Shown here piece by piece: positions 1 through 13,724 of a stretch of 64,000 bases of DNA. The notes under the pieces were generated by a model. It was not told the origin of the DNA and did not search any database. It saw only the letters and a program-made list of their open reading frames with translations. Every line of letters starts with the position of its first letter. Position 1 is the stretch's first letter. The position numbers were made by a program, and so were the translations under genes. The DNA lies in NCBI GenBank assembly GCA_944332995.1, contig CALVKR010000004.1:24504-88503 (forward strand), read 5' to 3'. Source of the DNA: an uncultured Clostridia bacterium (GTDB lineage: Bacteria > Bacillota > Clostridia > Christensenellales > CAG-917).

Positions 1-2888
<2,888 letters not shown>

Positions 2889-2900
2889 AAAACCCTCCTG

Positions 2901-5900
2901 TTATTCTTCGTCTTTATCGTCGGAAGAATCGCCGAATAATGCCGTGATGTCGTCTTCTGTCTTGTCGTCAAAGATATTGAATGCGTCATCGTCGTCATCG
3001 GACGGCGTATCGAAAATGCTGAGCGAATCGTCCGTCTTTTCGGCAGTGAAGTCGCCAAAGACGTTGCCTTCGCCTGTCATGATATCGATTTCTTTGAATT
3101 CCTCGTTCTTGGTGTTTGCGGCGTCGAAATCGAGTTCTTCGTCCGAATAGTCACGGAGTTTGATTTCATCGTCGTCCTCGGTGAGCACTTTAATGTCGAG
3201 AGCCAAGCTCTTGAGTTCGCTGACCAAAACCTTGAACGCTTCCGGAATTCCGGGTTCGCTTATGTTGTTGCCTTTTACTATTGATTCGTAGGTCTTTACC
3301 CTGCCCACGACGTCGTCGGATTTGACCGTGAGGATTTCCTGCAACACGTTTGCCGCACCGTAAGCCTCGAGCGCCCAGACTTCCATTTCACCGAATCTCT
3401 GTCCGCCGAACTGAGCTTTACCGCCGAGAGGCTGCTGCGTGACAAGGCTATACGGTCCTGTCGAACGTGCGTGTATCTTGTCGTCGACGAGGTGATGGAG
3501 CTTGAGGTAATACATATATCCGACGGTAACTCTGTTTTCAAACGGTTCGCCCGTTCTTCCGTCGTAAAGCTGTATCTTGCCGTCCACTTCGCCCTTTTCG
3601 TTGACGAGCCCCATATCCGAGAAAATCTTTGAAATTTCTTCCTGCTTGACGCCCTCGAAAACGGGAGTTGCCACTTTCCAACCGAGCATCTTTGCGACAA
3701 GTCCGAGGTGAACCTCCAAAACCTGTCCGATGTTCATACGTGAAGGAACGCCGAGCGGGTTGAGCACGATTTGCAAAGGCGTACCGTCCGCCATGAAAGG
3801 CATATCCTCTTTGGGCAAAACTCTCGAGATAACGCCCTTGTTACCGTGACGTCCTGCCATCTTATCACCAACGGATATCTTTCTCTTTTGAGCGATATAA
3901 ACTCTGACGAGCTTGTTGACTCCGGGAGCGAGCTCGTCACGGTTCTTTCTCGTGAATATCTTGACGTCGACTACGATACCCGCTTCTCCGTTGGGCACTC
4001 TGAGCGAGGTATCTCTGAAATCTCTCGCCTTTTCGCCGAATATCGCTCTTAAAAGTCTTTCTTCGGGAGTGAGCTCCGTTTCGCCCTTAGGCGTGACCTT
4101 ACCTACCAAAATATCTCCGGGTCTGACCTCTGCGCCCACTCTGACTATACCGTCTTCGTCGAGGTTTTTGAGAGCGTCGTCGGAGAGGTTGGGGATATCT
4201 CTCGTGATTTGTTCTTCGCCGAGTTTGGTATCTCTCGCCTCGATTTCGTGCTCTTCTATATGGATAGAGGTGAACACGTCGTCACGGACGAGGTCTTCGT
4301 TTATCAGGATAGCGTCTTCGTAGTTGTAACCTTCCCAGGACATAAAGCCAATCAGAATGTTTCTGCCGAGTGAAAGTTCTCCGTTGTCGGTAGCGGGACC
4401 GTCCGCCAAAATGGTAGCCTCTTGAACGAGTCTGCCGTTTGCGTCGTATTTTTCCGCCACTACCTTATCGCCTTTGCTGACGATAGGACGCTGATTTATG
4501 CAAGTTGATTGGTTGCTTCTTTGGAATTTGGAAAGAGTATAAACGTCCTCTTTTCCGTCCGTCGTCTCGACGATTATCTTGTCGGAGTCGACGTATTTTA
4601 CCACGCCGTCGTGTTTTGCAAGTTTCATGACTCCGCTGTCGTAAGCGATTTTATGCTCGACTCCGGTTGCAATCATAGGAGCTTCCGGTTTGAGAAGCGG
4701 CACTGCCTGACGCTGCATGTTGGAGCCCATAAGAGCACGGTTGGTATCGTCGTTTTCAAGGAACGGAATGAGCGCCGTAGCGATTGAGATGAGCTGCTTG
4801 GGCGAAACGTCCATATAATCGGGCATGCTCTTGTCGACGGCACGGATATCTTCCTTTATACGGCAATTGACAAGGTCTTTGACAAAATGTCCTTCCTCGT
4901 CAAGCTGCGAGTTTGCTTCTGCTATGATGTATTTGTCTTCCTCGTCGGCAGTCATGTAGACCACTTCGTCGGTTACGACTTTTTTCTCTTTATCTATCTT
5001 TCTGTAAGGAGTTTCGATAAAGCCGTATTCGTTGACTCTTGCGAACGTGGAAAGAGAAGTGATAAGACCTATGTTCTGACCTTCAGGCGTTTCGATAGGA
5101 CACATTCTGCCGTAGTGCGAATAGTGAACGTCACGCACTTCAAACGTTGCCCTTTCCTTGTTAAGACCGCCGGGACCCAATGCGGAGAGCTTTCTCTTGT
5201 GCGTAAGCTCTGCAATCGGGTTGGGCTGATCCATAAACTGAGAGAGCTGCGACGAGCCGAAAAATTCCTTGATGGCGCTTGTGACGGGTCTGATATTGAT
5301 AAGAGTCTGAGGAGTTATCTCAACGTTTTCCTGCGCTACGCTCATCTTTTCTTTTATGATTCTTTCAAGTCTTGAAATGCCTATTCTGAATTGATTTTGC
5401 AAAAGCTCGCCCACAGCTTTGACTCTTCTGTTGGCAAGGTGGTCGATATCGTCGACGGTGCCTACGCCCTTTCTGAGTCCGATGTTGTAGTCAACCATTG
5501 CGACTATGTCGTCGACGGTGACGTGCTTAGACACCAAAACGTCCGCCTGCGCCTTTATAGCGGCGATGATATCGTCCTTTTTGGTGTAGGTATCCAAAAT
5601 CTCTTTTAAGACGGGATAGTAAACTTTTTCCAAAACGCCAAGCTGTCTGGGATTGCAATCGACGAAGGCGTCAAGGTCAACCGTCTTATTGCCGATGAGC
5701 TTGAATTCGCCTTCTTTACCCTCGGCGTCTTTTATGACGATAAACGCCTCGTTGACGGCATTGTTCTGAATTTCGTTGGCTTTTGCTTCGGATACCGTTT
5801 CGCCTTTAGACGCAAGCACTTCGCCGGTAAGCGGAGATACCACGTCGCGCGACAAAACCTGTCCTTCCAATCTGCCCGCAATAGACAGCTTTTTGTTGTA

Positions 5901-6725
5901 TTTATAACGTCCCACTCTTGCGAGATCGTATTTTTTGTAGTCAAAGAAAATATTTCTTATCAAGGCGTCGGCGCCGTCCATGGTGGGAACTTCGCCGGGA
6001 CGGAGTCTGCGGAAGAGGTCAATCTTGCCCTGCTCGACGCTCTTGCAGCTGGCGTCCTTTTCCATAGTCTTTTCAATCATATCGTCGCCGCCGAAAAGCT
6101 CTCTGAGTTCCTCGTCGGTGCCGTAGCCTAAAGCTCTCAGGAGCGTCGTGGTCGTTATCCTTCTTTGACGGTCAACTTTGACCCACGCTATATCGTTGGC
6201 GTCCTGCTCGAATTCGAGCCATGCTCCGCGGTTGGGGATAACTTGCGTGCCGTATCTTGAGATGCCGTTTTTATCCTTCGTTTCCTGACCGTAAACGCCC
6301 GGGCTTCTGACAAGCTGACTGACGATAACTCTTTCCGCTCCGTTGATAATGAACGAGCCGGATTCCGTCATAAGCGGGAAGTCGCCCATAAAGACTTCCT
6401 GGTCGATAACTTCGCCCGTGTCGTTGTTGGTAAGTCTTGCCTTTACCTTAAGCGGCACTGCGTAAGTCGCATCTCTGTCCTTGCATTCCTTGACGGAGTA
6501 TTTAGGCTCGCCGTCAAGCGAATAATCGAGAAACTCGATTTTCATTCTGCCTGCGAAATCGTTGATAGGAGAATAATCTTTAAAAACTTCTCTTATTCCT
6601 TCTTCTATGAAGTTCTGATAAGACTTTTTCTGAACTTCGATGAGGTAAGGAATGTCTACGACGTTTTTGATGCTCGAAAAGGTTCTCCTCTCCGTGTTTC
6701 CGTATTTTTCAATTTTTTGAGACAT
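2901..6725 (-). CDS. rpoB: DNA-directed RNA polymerase subunit beta
   Basis: ORF 2901..6896 trimmed to ATG 6725 ([16 protein letters not shown]..), which has AAGGAG 6 nt upstream. Full-length beta motifs are present ([28 protein letters not shown]). Acidic C-terminal tail. Confidence 0.95.
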   Translation of the reverse strand: MSQKIEKYGNTERRTFSSIKNVVDIPYLIEVQKKSYQNFIEEGIREVFKDYSPINDFAGRMKIEFLDYSLDGEPKYSVKECKDRDATYAVPLKVKARLTNNDTGEVIDQEVFMGDFPLMTESGSFIINGAERVIVSQLVRSPGVYGQETKDKNGISRYGTQVIPNRGAWLEFEQDANDIAWVKVDRQRRITTTTLLRALGYGTDEELRELFGGDDMIEKTMEKDASCKSVEQGKIDLFRRLRPGEVPTMDGADALIRNIFFDYKKYDLARVGRYKYNKKLSIAGRLEGQVLSRDVVSPLTGEVLASKGETVSEAKANEIQNNAVNEAFIVIKDAEGKEGEFKLIGNKTVDLDAFVDCNPRQLGVLEKVYYPVLKEILDTYTKKDDIIAAIKAQADVLVSKHVTVDDIVAMVDYNIGLRKGVGTVDDIDHLANRRVKAVGELLQNQFRIGISRLERIIKEKMSVAQENVEITPQTLINIRPVTSAIKEFFGSSQLSQFMDQPNPIAELTHKRKLSALGPGGLNKERATFEVRDVHYSHYGRMCPIETPEGQNIGLITSLSTFARVNEYGFIETPYRKIDKEKKVVTDEVVYMTADEEDKYIIAEANSQLDEEGHFVKDLVNCRIKEDIRAVDKSMPDYMDVSPKQLISIATALIPFLENDDTNRALMGSNMQRQAVPLLKPEAPMIATGVEHKIAYDSGVMKLAKHDGVVKYVDSDKIIVETTDGKEDVYTLSKFQRSNQSTCINQRPIVSKGDKVVAEKYDANGRLVQEATILADGPATDNGELSLGRNILIGFMSWEGYNYEDAILINEDLVRDDVFTSIHIEEHEIEARDTKLGEEQITRDIPNLSDDALKNLDEDGIVRVGAEVRPGDILVGKVTPKGETELTPEERLLRAIFGEKARDFRDTSLRVPNGEAGIVVDVKIFTRKNRDELAPGVNKLVRVYIAQKRKISVGDKMAGRHGNKGVISRVLPKEDMPFMADGTPLQIVLNPLGVPSRMNIGQVLEVHLGLVAKMLGWKVATPVFEGVKQEEISKIFSDMGLVNEKGEVDGKIQLYDGRTGEPFENRVTVGYMYYLKLHHLVDDKIHARSTGPYSLVTQQPLGGKAQFGGQRFGEMEVWALEAYGAANVLQEILTVKSDDVVGRVKTYESIVKGNNISEPGIPEAFKVLVSELKSLALDIKVLTEDDDEIKLRDYSDEELDFDAANTKNEEFKEIDIMTGEGNVFGDFTAEKTDDSLSIFDTPSDDDDDAFNIFDDKTEDDITALFGDSSDDKDEE

Positions 6726-6832
6726 GCTACGCTCCTTAAAATTATTTAAAAACTTGATATTTAAAAACTTCCAAAAAAAACACTTGTTTTTTATGTCATG
6801 TTGTTTTATACTACTTTTACAGACAAAAAGCC

Positions 6833-6859
6833 CTACCCCCAAGACTAAGTTGTGGGTAG
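6833..6859. terminator. Terminator-shaped hairpin inside the rpoB 5' leader (bidirectional shape)
   Basis: ctacccccaa-gactaag-ttgtgggtag, with 9 of 10 positions pairing. Followed by TTTTTT on the + strand and by GGCTTTTTG on the - strand. Confidence 0.5.
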
Positions 6860-6886
6860 ATTTTTTGTATTTTATCGCAGTTTTTA

Positions 6887-6915
6887 ATTGTAGCAACTAA
6901 AATTTCAAGAGTCAA
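6887..6915 (-). promoter_or_regulatory. Candidate SigA-type promoter for rpoBC
   Basis: Reverse strand TTGACT (6910-6915) - 17 nt - TACAAT (6887-6892), about 155 nt upstream of the rpoB ATG. Confidence 0.5.
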
Positions 6916-7010
6916 CTGTTTTTAATGTAAATTTGAAAATTTCTTTCAAAAGAGCTCGACAAACAATTTGCTGTATATTTAGGTTTAAAATTCATAAAAA
7001 GGGCGCAGGT

Positions 7011-7253
7011 ATGAGAATAGATAAATTTTTAAAAGTTTCAAGAATAATAAAACGCAGGACGGTGGCGCAGGAAGCGTGCGACAAAGGGCGCATAGATATT
7101 AACGGCAGAGCGGTCAAACCGTCCAAGGAAATAAAAGAGGGCGACGTGGTAACCGTAGGCTTCGGCGGCGAAAGTTTAAAGTTTAAAGTGCTTTCCACCG
7201 ACGAAAAAGCGGGCAACAAAAATCCCGCTTCCATGTACGAAATTTTAAACTGA
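7011..7253 (+). CDS. rqcP: S4-domain RNA-binding protein, RqcP/YabO (Hsp15-like) family
   Basis: MRIDKFLKVSRIIKRRTVAQEACDKGRIDINGRAVKPS.. closely parallels B. subtilis YabO (MRLDKFLKVSRLIKRRTLAKE..). 80 aa. ORF 6933.. trimmed to ATG 7011. Confidence 0.8.
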   Translation: MRIDKFLKVSRIIKRRTVAQEACDKGRIDINGRAVKPSKEIKEGDVVTVGFGGESLKFKVLSTDEKAGNKNPASMYEILN

Positions 7254-7254
7254 T

Positions 7255-7776
7255 ATGAAAAAAGATACTTTTCAATTTAACGGCGATATACCCAAAGATA
7301 TCCTCTTTGGCGTCGGATACGATATCCACAGGCTTGTTTTCGGGGAAAATATAGTCCTTTGCGGCGTTAAAATTCCGTTTGACAGGGCTTTCGACGCCCA
7401 TTCGGACGGCGACGCCCCCCTGCACGCCGTTATGGACGCTGTCTTATCCTCGCTCGGGCAAAAGGATATCGGACACCTCTTTCCCGTAAACGAGGACGCC
7501 TTTAAGGGAGCCGACAGCGCCGATTTGCTAAAACAAGTTTTAAACATAGCAAAACAAAAGGGATATAAACCGTCCAATGCAAGCGTTGCCGTCATAGCCG
7601 AAAAGCCTAAACTTGCCCCCTATCTCGACGGCATGAAAGCGTCGCTTTCCTCTCTTTTGGGAATATCCCCCGACAGAGTGGGCATAACGGCAACCACCAA
7701 CGAAGGCGTGGATTTGATAGGAAACGGCGAGGCAATCGCATCTTTTGCCGTCGTTTCTCTCGAAAAAATCAAATGA
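7255..7776 (+). CDS. ispF: 2-C-methyl-D-erythritol 2,4-cyclodiphosphate synthase
   Basis: IspF signatures GVGYDIHRL, DAHSDGDAPLHAVMDAVL, KDIGHLFP and ATTNEG. Starts 1 nt after the rqcP stop. About 18 aa of N-terminal extension relative to typical IspF. Confidence 0.9.
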   Translation: MKKDTFQFNGDIPKDILFGVGYDIHRLVFGENIVLCGVKIPFDRAFDAHSDGDAPLHAVMDAVLSSLGQKDIGHLFPVNEDAFKGADSADLLKQVLNIAKQKGYKPSNASVAVIAEKPKLAPYLDGMKASLSSLLGISPDRVGITATTNEGVDLIGNGEAIASFAVVSLEKIK

Positions 7777-7876
7777 TATTTTTTGCAAAATTGCAAAAAA
7801 TATCGTCAAAAAAATTAAAAATACCCCTTCAAATCGCTTGACAACGTTTTTTGAAAATACCGTTATAAATAAAAAA

Positions 7877-7897
7877 AAGCCCGAAAAGTTCGGGCTT
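7877..7897. terminator. Bidirectional intrinsic terminator between convergent ispF and ispD
   Basis: aagcccgaa-aag-ttcgggctt, flanked by an A8 run upstream and a long T run downstream. Confidence 0.8.
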
Positions 7898-8076
7898 TTA
7901 TTTTTTTTTCGCTTTACCGCTTTTGGCAAAATCCAAGGCAGCTTAAAATTTTCAATCAAAAAGTTTAGCTTTGCCATGCGCCACGTAGCGTTATGGCTTT
8001 GTCAAAGTCTGTGTTTAGTTTCGTCAGAGTTTTTAGGACTATCAACAAAAAACTCATACGACTGCCGAAACAGCTT

Positions 8077-8766
8077 TCAGCGCCCGAGTTCGCCGTCCTT
8101 TTTGGATTTATAAATACAGTTTGCATAGAGAAGATCGTCATAATAAGTTATTTTGATATTGTCTCGGTTGCCGTCGAAAATCCTGACGGGAACGCCTGCC
8201 TGCATCAGAAGGGAATAAAGGTCCGTCCCCCCTCCCGCTTCGAGGAATGCCTTTTGCATATATTTAAGTTTTGAGCACTGAGGCGTCTGCAACGCCGCCA
8301 CCCTCGACCTGTCCACAAGCCCCGTCAGGTTTATACCGTCGGTGAGTGCAAGCGTGTCGCTCATCTTTATTGCCGCAGACGAAGCGCCGTATTCCTCCGC
8401 CGTCGTTATGGCGTCGTCTATGAGCCTCTTTGTCACAAACGGACGTGCCGCATCGTGAGATACGATGAGGTCGTCGCCTGTTGCACCCAGCCTTATCGCT
8501 TCCGCCATACCGCACTCGAGCGACTTGCTTCTCGACTCTCCGCCCTTTACCACGGAAATTTTGTCGCACATAACAGGCTCTAAACACTTTTGCATAGCCT
8601 CGACGTCGAACGCCACGACTATCGCCCTGTCCACTTTTTCGTTTTCGCAAAATGCCTTGACGGAAAAATGCACTATGGGCGTATCCCCGACAAGGGCGAA
8701 TTGCTTGAGCGTTTCGGAGTTCATTCGCTTGCCGAGACCGCCTGCCAATATAACTGCGTAAACCAT
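8077..8766 (-). CDS. ispD: 2-C-methyl-D-erythritol 4-phosphate cytidylyltransferase
   Basis: MVYAVILAGGLGKRM nucleotidyltransferase loop, plus VKGGESR and VSHDAARPF signatures. 229 aa. Confidence 0.9.
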   Translation of the reverse strand: MVYAVILAGGLGKRMNSETLKQFALVGDTPIVHFSVKAFCENEKVDRAIVVAFDVEAMQKCLEPVMCDKISVVKGGESRSKSLECGMAEAIRLGATGDDLIVSHDAARPFVTKRLIDDAITTAEEYGASSAAIKMSDTLALTDGINLTGLVDRSRVAALQTPQCSKLKYMQKAFLEAGGGTDLYSLLMQAGVPVRIFDGNRDNIKITYYDDLLYANCIYKSKKDGELGR

Positions 8767-9087
8767 ATCTACCTCTTTTGAATTTTAATTTGTTTGTCAC
8801 AAGTCGACCGCCCGACGGCTTAGTCGATTTGCCTGACCGTCTGCCCGACAGCCATATCCGTTTATATAACCGCTCGCTAGACGGATAATTTGATTTGCAA
8901 TATAAAACGTTTAAGACAAAACCGCCAAGTCGGTTTATTTATGTTATAGCCTAAACCGTATGGCTTTTTATCCGACATAAATTGCAATTTTTATATCTTT
9001 TATCTCAACAGACTTTAATTTCTTTACAGCCTTATATGTTTCGGAAACCCGAATAAGGCGTTTTACAATACCCTTTTATCTCTTCTC

Positions 9088-10275
9088 TCAGCTCCAAGGA
9101 TAGAGCGAGGGATTGCGTTCGACGTTTCCGTCCGAACATTTGTAAATCACGTTTTTGCCCGTTTCCATATAATCGGTATGCTGGTCGACGTAGGAATTAA
9201 AATCCGCCATAGTGCCGGGATAGGTGAAATACTCGATTGACGGACAGTCTGTAAAGGAGCGTCTTTCAAACGTCGTAAAGAATATCCCGAGGTCGACGGA
9301 CACCAAAGACGAACAACCGTCAAAAGCGTAGGTCTCTATCGTCGTGACCGAATCGGGCAAAGTTATGCTTACCAAAGTTTCCTGACTTGCAAATGCGTGA
9401 TGCCCTATTATTTTTATCGTGCCGTCGTTAGGTATGATACTGCCCAAACAGCCCAAAACGAGCGTTTGCGTTCCCCTTTCTATAATGCAGTTGCCCGTCG
9501 AATAATAATTTGCGTTTTGAGGCGATATGGTCAGATTTATCAAGGAGTTACAGCTTGCAAACACCCAATTGCCCAACGTGGCAAGCGATTCCGACAGAGA
9601 AACGGTTTCAAGGCTCACGCACTTTCCGAAGGCATAATTGCCTATGCTTTCCACGCTGTCGGGAAGATTGAATTGTTTGATTGAGGCGCAGTTGTAAAAA
9701 GCATATTCGCCTATTGACGTGACGCCGTCGGGCAGATTTATCTCTTCAAGCAGTTCGCAGTGGGCAAATCCCGAATATTCTATCGTCTTTAACGTATCCG
9801 GCAAAGTAACGCTTTTTAAATAGTCCCAACCGGATACCGCATTTTCGGCTATCGTCTCGCCGCTTGTCACGACGAGAGTGTCAATCTTCTGAATTTTGCT
9901 TACACAGCCGAGAGCAACGGCGGGAGCGGTGAGCTTCTGAAGATTTCTCAGACCGATGAGTGCGTTTGGTTCCACTTCCGTGACGCTGTCGGGAATGACG
10001 AGGGACAGCACGTTTTTGCAATCGTCAAACGCTCCGTTTTCAATTTTGACCACGCTCTTGCCTTTATACGTTTCGGGGATAACGACGTCCGTTTGCGATA
10101 CGTCGCATTTTGCCACCGAATAAGTATCGTCCTCATTGAGGTTATACATTAAAGGCTCAGCGGGCGTCTGAGTGTCGTCGGCGTCGGAACAAGCGACAAA
10201 CAGCGCCGAAAAAAGCACGACAAGCAAGAGCAGAGCAAACAGCATAACCGATTTTTTTAATGGATTACCTTTCAT
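9088..10275 (-). CDS. Surface lipoprotein with BspA-type leucine-rich repeats
   Basis: Signal peptide ending in lipobox LFVAC. The body is made of ~23-aa repeats of the form LxxVxLPDSVxxIGxxAFxxCxSL (LRR_5-like). Confidence 0.8.
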   Translation of the reverse strand: MKGNPLKKSVMLFALLLLVVLFSALFVACSDADDTQTPAEPLMYNLNEDDTYSVAKCDVSQTDVVIPETYKGKSVVKIENGAFDDCKNVLSLVIPDSVTEVEPNALIGLRNLQKLTAPAVALGCVSKIQKIDTLVVTSGETIAENAVSGWDYLKSVTLPDTLKTIEYSGFAHCELLEEINLPDGVTSIGEYAFYNCASIKQFNLPDSVESIGNYAFGKCVSLETVSLSESLATLGNWVFASCNSLINLTISPQNANYYSTGNCIIERGTQTLVLGCLGSIIPNDGTIKIIGHHAFASQETLVSITLPDSVTTIETYAFDGCSSLVSVDLGIFFTTFERRSFTDCPSIEYFTYPGTMADFNSYVDQHTDYMETGKNVIYKCSDGNVERNPSLYPWS

Positions 10276-10721
10276 AACACTCCTTTATAATTAAGGGACT
10301 CTCCCTTTTTATTATCCGATATAATACGGCTTTGTGCCGTAATTTTTTTAGGCATTATTAAAATTGGGCAGATAACGCTAAATTAAATTTTTAATCTGAA
10401 ACTTTTTTTAATTTTAGCTTTTTATCGAAAAAAAGTCAATACCGCCTGCGCCCGACTTCAAACAGTTCCGCTCACGGCAAAACATGACACGGACGGAAAT
10501 ATTTCAAGCACAAAATATATTAAATTTAATAATCCGCCGTATTTTATAAGACCCATTTATGCAAATAAGCGCAAAATTTTCGGCAAAGGAAAATATTATT
10601 CATAAGATAAATTCAAAAAAGTTTTATATGACATTTGTTCTTTTAATGGCTGAAAAACGCTATCGGCGTTATCGCCTGAACACGGAAAAGCGGCTCTGAG
10701 CCGTGATAATTTGCAGTATAA

Positions 10722-10746
10722 AAAACGCCCGATATTCGGGCGTTTT
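10722..10746 (-). terminator. Intrinsic terminator after rpsI
   Basis: aaacgcccga-tat-tcgggcgttt with a T run on the reverse strand, 25 nt past the rpsI stop. Confidence 0.8.
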
Positions 10747-10771
10747 GAATTTGAGTTTTGCAACCGTGAAG

Positions 10772-11188
10772 TTATCTCTTTGAGAATTGCGGAGCCTTTC
10801 TTGCCTTGTGAAGTCCGTATTTCTTTCTTTCTTTGGCTCTGGGGTCTCTCGTGAGGAAACCTGCTTTTTTGAGAGTGGGACGGTAAGCGTCGCTGTCCAC
10901 GGTGCAGAGCGCTCTTGCGATGCCGTGACGGATTGCGCCGGCCTGACCTGTTATACCGCCGCCCTTGACGTTGACGAAAACGTCAAACTTGTCTTTTGTG
11001 CCGGTGGCCTCAAGCGGCTGATTGACGATAAGTCTTGTCGTATCCATGGGGAAGTATTCTTCGATAGTTCTCTTGTTGATGACGATTTGACCTTCGCCGC
11101 CGGGGATAAGGCGAACACGGGCGATGGCAGATTTTCTTCTGCCCGTTGCAATATACTGAACTTTTTTAACTGCTTTTTTCGTTGCCAT
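10772..11188 (-). CDS. rpsI: 30S ribosomal protein S9
   Basis: [31 protein letters not shown] and [33 protein letters not shown]. Confidence 0.97.
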   Translation of the reverse strand: MATKKAVKKVQYIATGRRKSAIARVRLIPGGEGQIVINKRTIEEYFPMDTTRLIVNQPLEATGTKDKFDVFVNVKGGGITGQAGAIRHGIARALCTVDSDAYRPTLKKAGFLTRDPRAKERKKYGLHKARKAPQFSKR

Positions 11189-11198
11189 ACTTTACTCC

Positions 11199-11666
11199 TT
11201 AATCCTCGATTTTAAGCTCGATAGGTTTCTGAGCCTGATGGTTATGTTCCGCGCCGACGTAGACTCTGAGTTTCTTGAGCATATCCGCGCCGATTTTGTT
11301 TTTGGGAAGCATACCCTTAACTGCCTTATACACGGCAAAGTCCGGCTTTTCGTTCATAAGCTTTTTGTATTGAATCTCTTTAAGACCGCCGACATAACCG
11401 GTGTGATAACGATAATATTTTTGCTCCAATTTTTTGCCTGTCAAAACAACCTTGTCGCAGTTGATGACGATGACGTTGTCACCGCAATCGACGTGGGGCG
11501 TGTATGTCGGCTTGTTCTTTCCTTTGAGGATTGCCGCAACCTGAGATGCGAGTCTTCCGAGGACAAGACCTGTTGCGTCGACTACATACCATTTTCTTTC
11601 GACTGTTTCGGGATTAGGCATATAAGTTTTATTGTTTTTTGCAAATGCTTGCAAATCCTTACTCAT
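11199..11666 (-). CDS. rplM: 50S ribosomal protein L13
   Basis: [20 protein letters not shown].. core. ORF trimmed to ATG 11666, which has GGAGG 8 nt upstream. Confidence 0.95.
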   Translation of the reverse strand: MSKDLQAFAKNNKTYMPNPETVERKWYVVDATGLVLGRLASQVAAILKGKNKPTYTPHVDCGDNVIVINCDKVVLTGKKLEQKYYRYHTGYVGGLKEIQYKKLMNEKPDFAVYKAVKGMLPKNKIGADMLKKLRVYVGAEHNHQAQKPIELKIED

Positions 11667-11753
11667 CAATGTAACCTCCAAACGAGTATCTGTTTATTGT
11701 TTTACCGCTCGGGGGGCTAGTCCTTACGGCAGAATAACCAAATTAACTTCATT

Positions 11754-11782
11754 ATCATAAAAAAAAAGAAAAATTATGTCAA
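11754..11782 (-). promoter_or_regulatory. Candidate SigA-type promoter for rplM-rpsI
   Basis: Reverse strand TTGACA (11777-11782) - 17 nt T-rich spacer - TATGAT (11754-11759). Leaves a leader of about 80 nt. Confidence 0.4.
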
Positions 11783-12126
11783 GTAATTTCGCAAAGTTTT
11801 TATCCGAGCAAGCGATAAATAAAATATAAGCAGACAAAACGCTTTAATGCTCAAAAGCCTATATGCGACAAAAAGCTCTAAGGCTAAAACGCTTTAAGCT
11901 AAAACGTCAAACGGATTTAGCATTGCCTTTCGCTTTTGACTTTAAAAAATGCGCAGACTGTATTTTATGTATTCAATACTTTTTCAGGCTAAGTCTTTTA
12001 TATAAGCCAAGCCTTTCATGCCGGGTTTTTCGTATGGGTTATGCCTTTTTTATGCTAAATTTTTGTATTGCCTATGCCTTTTAGCTTATCTTTTTTAAGC
12101 AAGCACACTTTTTTGCCTTACCGTTT

Positions 12127-12870
12127 TTATTGATAAAAGACTTCCTCCAAGGTCAAGCCTTTAGGCGGCATAGTCTTTCCTGCCCCCACCCTTTTTTTCT
12201 TTTTTATTATCTCTTTGACGTCGTCGGGGGAGAGTTTACCTATTCCGACGTAATAGAGTGTGCCTGCTATAATGCGCACCATATTATACAAAAATCCGTT
12301 GCCAGTGACGTATATCTCATACGTTTTTGCGCCTTTTAGCTCGCCCGTTTTTATCTCGATCGAATATACCGTCCTCACCGTGCTTTTCACTTTAGACCCC
12401 GACGCCTCGAAGCATTTGAAATCGTGCTCGCCCACGATATACTCGGCGGCATGCCGCATGGCGTTCTCGTTTGGCTCCACCGTGACGTGAGTGTGATTTT
12501 TTTCTAAAAGCGGATGCCTCACCCTTGAATAATACAGACGGTAGCAATAGGTTTTACGTTTGGCGTCAAACCTTGCGTTAAAGCCGCCCGAGACAATCTC
12601 GCACTCCGTCACGCTTACGTCGTCGGGAAGATAAGCGTTGACGGCAAGCGGAAATTTATCCGTGGGGATAGAACATTCCGCATCGAAATGAGCAACCTGT
12701 CCTGCCGCATGCACTCCGCTGTCCGTCCTGCCGCTCGCCGTGACGACGGTTTTTATCCCGAGTTTTTCGAGCGCCTCCTCGAGCGTCTGCTGCACGGTTC
12801 TGTCGCTTAGCTGCCTCTGCCAACCGCAGAATTTTTCGCCGTCGTATTCCACCGTGATTTTATAGCGCAT
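12127..12870 (-). CDS. truA: tRNA pseudouridine(38-40) synthase
   Basis: MRYKITVEYDGEKFCGWQRQ and GRTDSGVHA (catalytic Asp motif). The start overlaps the ecfT stop (TAATG). Confidence 0.93.
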   Translation of the reverse strand: MRYKITVEYDGEKFCGWQRQLSDRTVQQTLEEALEKLGIKTVVTASGRTDSGVHAAGQVAHFDAECSIPTDKFPLAVNAYLPDDVSVTECEIVSGGFNARFDAKRKTYCYRLYYSRVRHPLLEKNHTHVTVEPNENAMRHAAEYIVGEHDFKCFEASGSKVKSTVRTVYSIEIKTGELKGAKTYEIYVTGNGFLYNMVRIIAGTLYYVGIGKLSPDDVKEIIKKKKRVGAGKTMPPKGLTLEEVFYQ

Positions 12871-13724
12871 TAAAACACCCCCGGGAACAGGACGTGGTCG
12901 AGTCCCAAAAAGTAGTATCGGTCGACAAATATGAACGTGGCGTATCCTGCCACAAAGAGCGTGGCGATAAGGTCACGCCAGCCGAGTTTGAGTTTTCTCA
13001 TTTTAGTGCGCTTTTCCGTGGCGTTGTAGCACCTTGCGTCCATGGCAAAAGCGAGTTCGTCCGCACGTCTGAAAGCGGAAACGAAAAGCGGAATGAGCAC
13101 GGGAAGCATTGACTTTGCTTTCTTTATAAGACCGCCCGTGTCGAACGCCGCTCCGCGCGCCTTTTGAGCGTTGATTGTCTTGTGCGTCTCGTCCAACAGC
13201 GTGGGGATAAATCTGAGTGCGATAGACATGATTATCGCTATATCGTGCACGGGGAATTTTATCACCTTGAGAGGTTTCAATAAACTTTCTATTCCGTCGG
13301 TCAGGCGCATGGGCGTTGTAGTGAGCGATATTATCGACGCACCCGTTATCAGGAATATAAGCCTTAGTGTCAGCTTTATACTGTTGTGCACGCCGTCCCA
13401 CGTTATGCGGAATGTCCACCAATCGGTGATGACCTTTTCGTAAATGACCTCGCCCGTGGATACGAAAAACAGATTGATTATTGCGGCAAACAGCACTAAG
13501 AACAATATGCCCTTTACCGATTTCAGAACGGAAAGCACGGGCACTCTCGAAAACAGTATGACGACGATGAGGAATACGAGCGTCACCAAAAAGCTGAAAT
13601 AGGTCTGAATAAAAAATATCGTGACGATAAACAGTACCGTGAGCAAAAGTTTTATTCTCGGGTCAAGATTGTGCACGAAAGAAGAAGTCGGATAATATTG
13701 TCCGAAAGCTATGTCCTTAAACAT
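12870..13724 (-). CDS. ecfT: Energy-coupling factor transporter transmembrane (T) component
   Basis: Polytopic membrane protein with the conserved region QKARGAAFD..FRRADELAFAMDARCY. Lies directly after two ecfA genes. Confidence 0.88.
   Translation of the reverse strand: MFKDIAFGQYYPTSSFVHNLDPRIKLLLTVLFIVTIFFIQTYFSFLVTLVFLIVVILFSRVPVLSVLKSVKGILFLVLFAAIINLFFVSTGEVIYEKVITDWWTFRITWDGVHNSIKLTLRLIFLITGASIISLTTTPMRLTDGIESLLKPLKVIKFPVHDIAIIMSIALRFIPTLLDETHKTINAQKARGAAFDTGGLIKKAKSMLPVLIPLFVSAFRRADELAFAMDARCYNATEKRTKMRKLKLGWRDLIATLFVAGYATFIFVDRYYFLGLDHVLFPGVF

Noticed and set aside
2901-3179. ~90-aa acidic C-terminal tail of RpoB with reiterated hydrophobic-F-(D/G)-D motifs (NVFGD, SIFDT, NIFDD, ALFGD)
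   Set aside because: Acidic C-terminal tails are common on Firmicutes RpoB, including B. subtilis. Many other proteins in this window also carry acidic low-complexity tails (S8 peptidase, AmaP-like, permease, M28-like). This looks like a lineage compositional habit rather than a specific feature.
6726-6896. 57-codon N-terminal extension of the rpoB ORF in the track
   Set aside because: The extension reads through AT-rich leader sequence ([12 protein letters not shown]..). The conserved RpoB N-terminus starts at MSQKIEKYG, which has AAGGAG 6 nt upstream.
11790-12126. Recurrent CTTTAAG/CTTAAAG/GCCTTAAGC-like words in many intergenic regions (for example near 11890, 23240, 40295, 43628, 49345, 59590, 60675), considered as a possible dispersed REP-like element
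   Set aside because: The matches are only 6-9 nt, have no common flanks or consistent hairpin partner, and cannot be tested for enrichment without counting. They are most likely a compositional coincidence.
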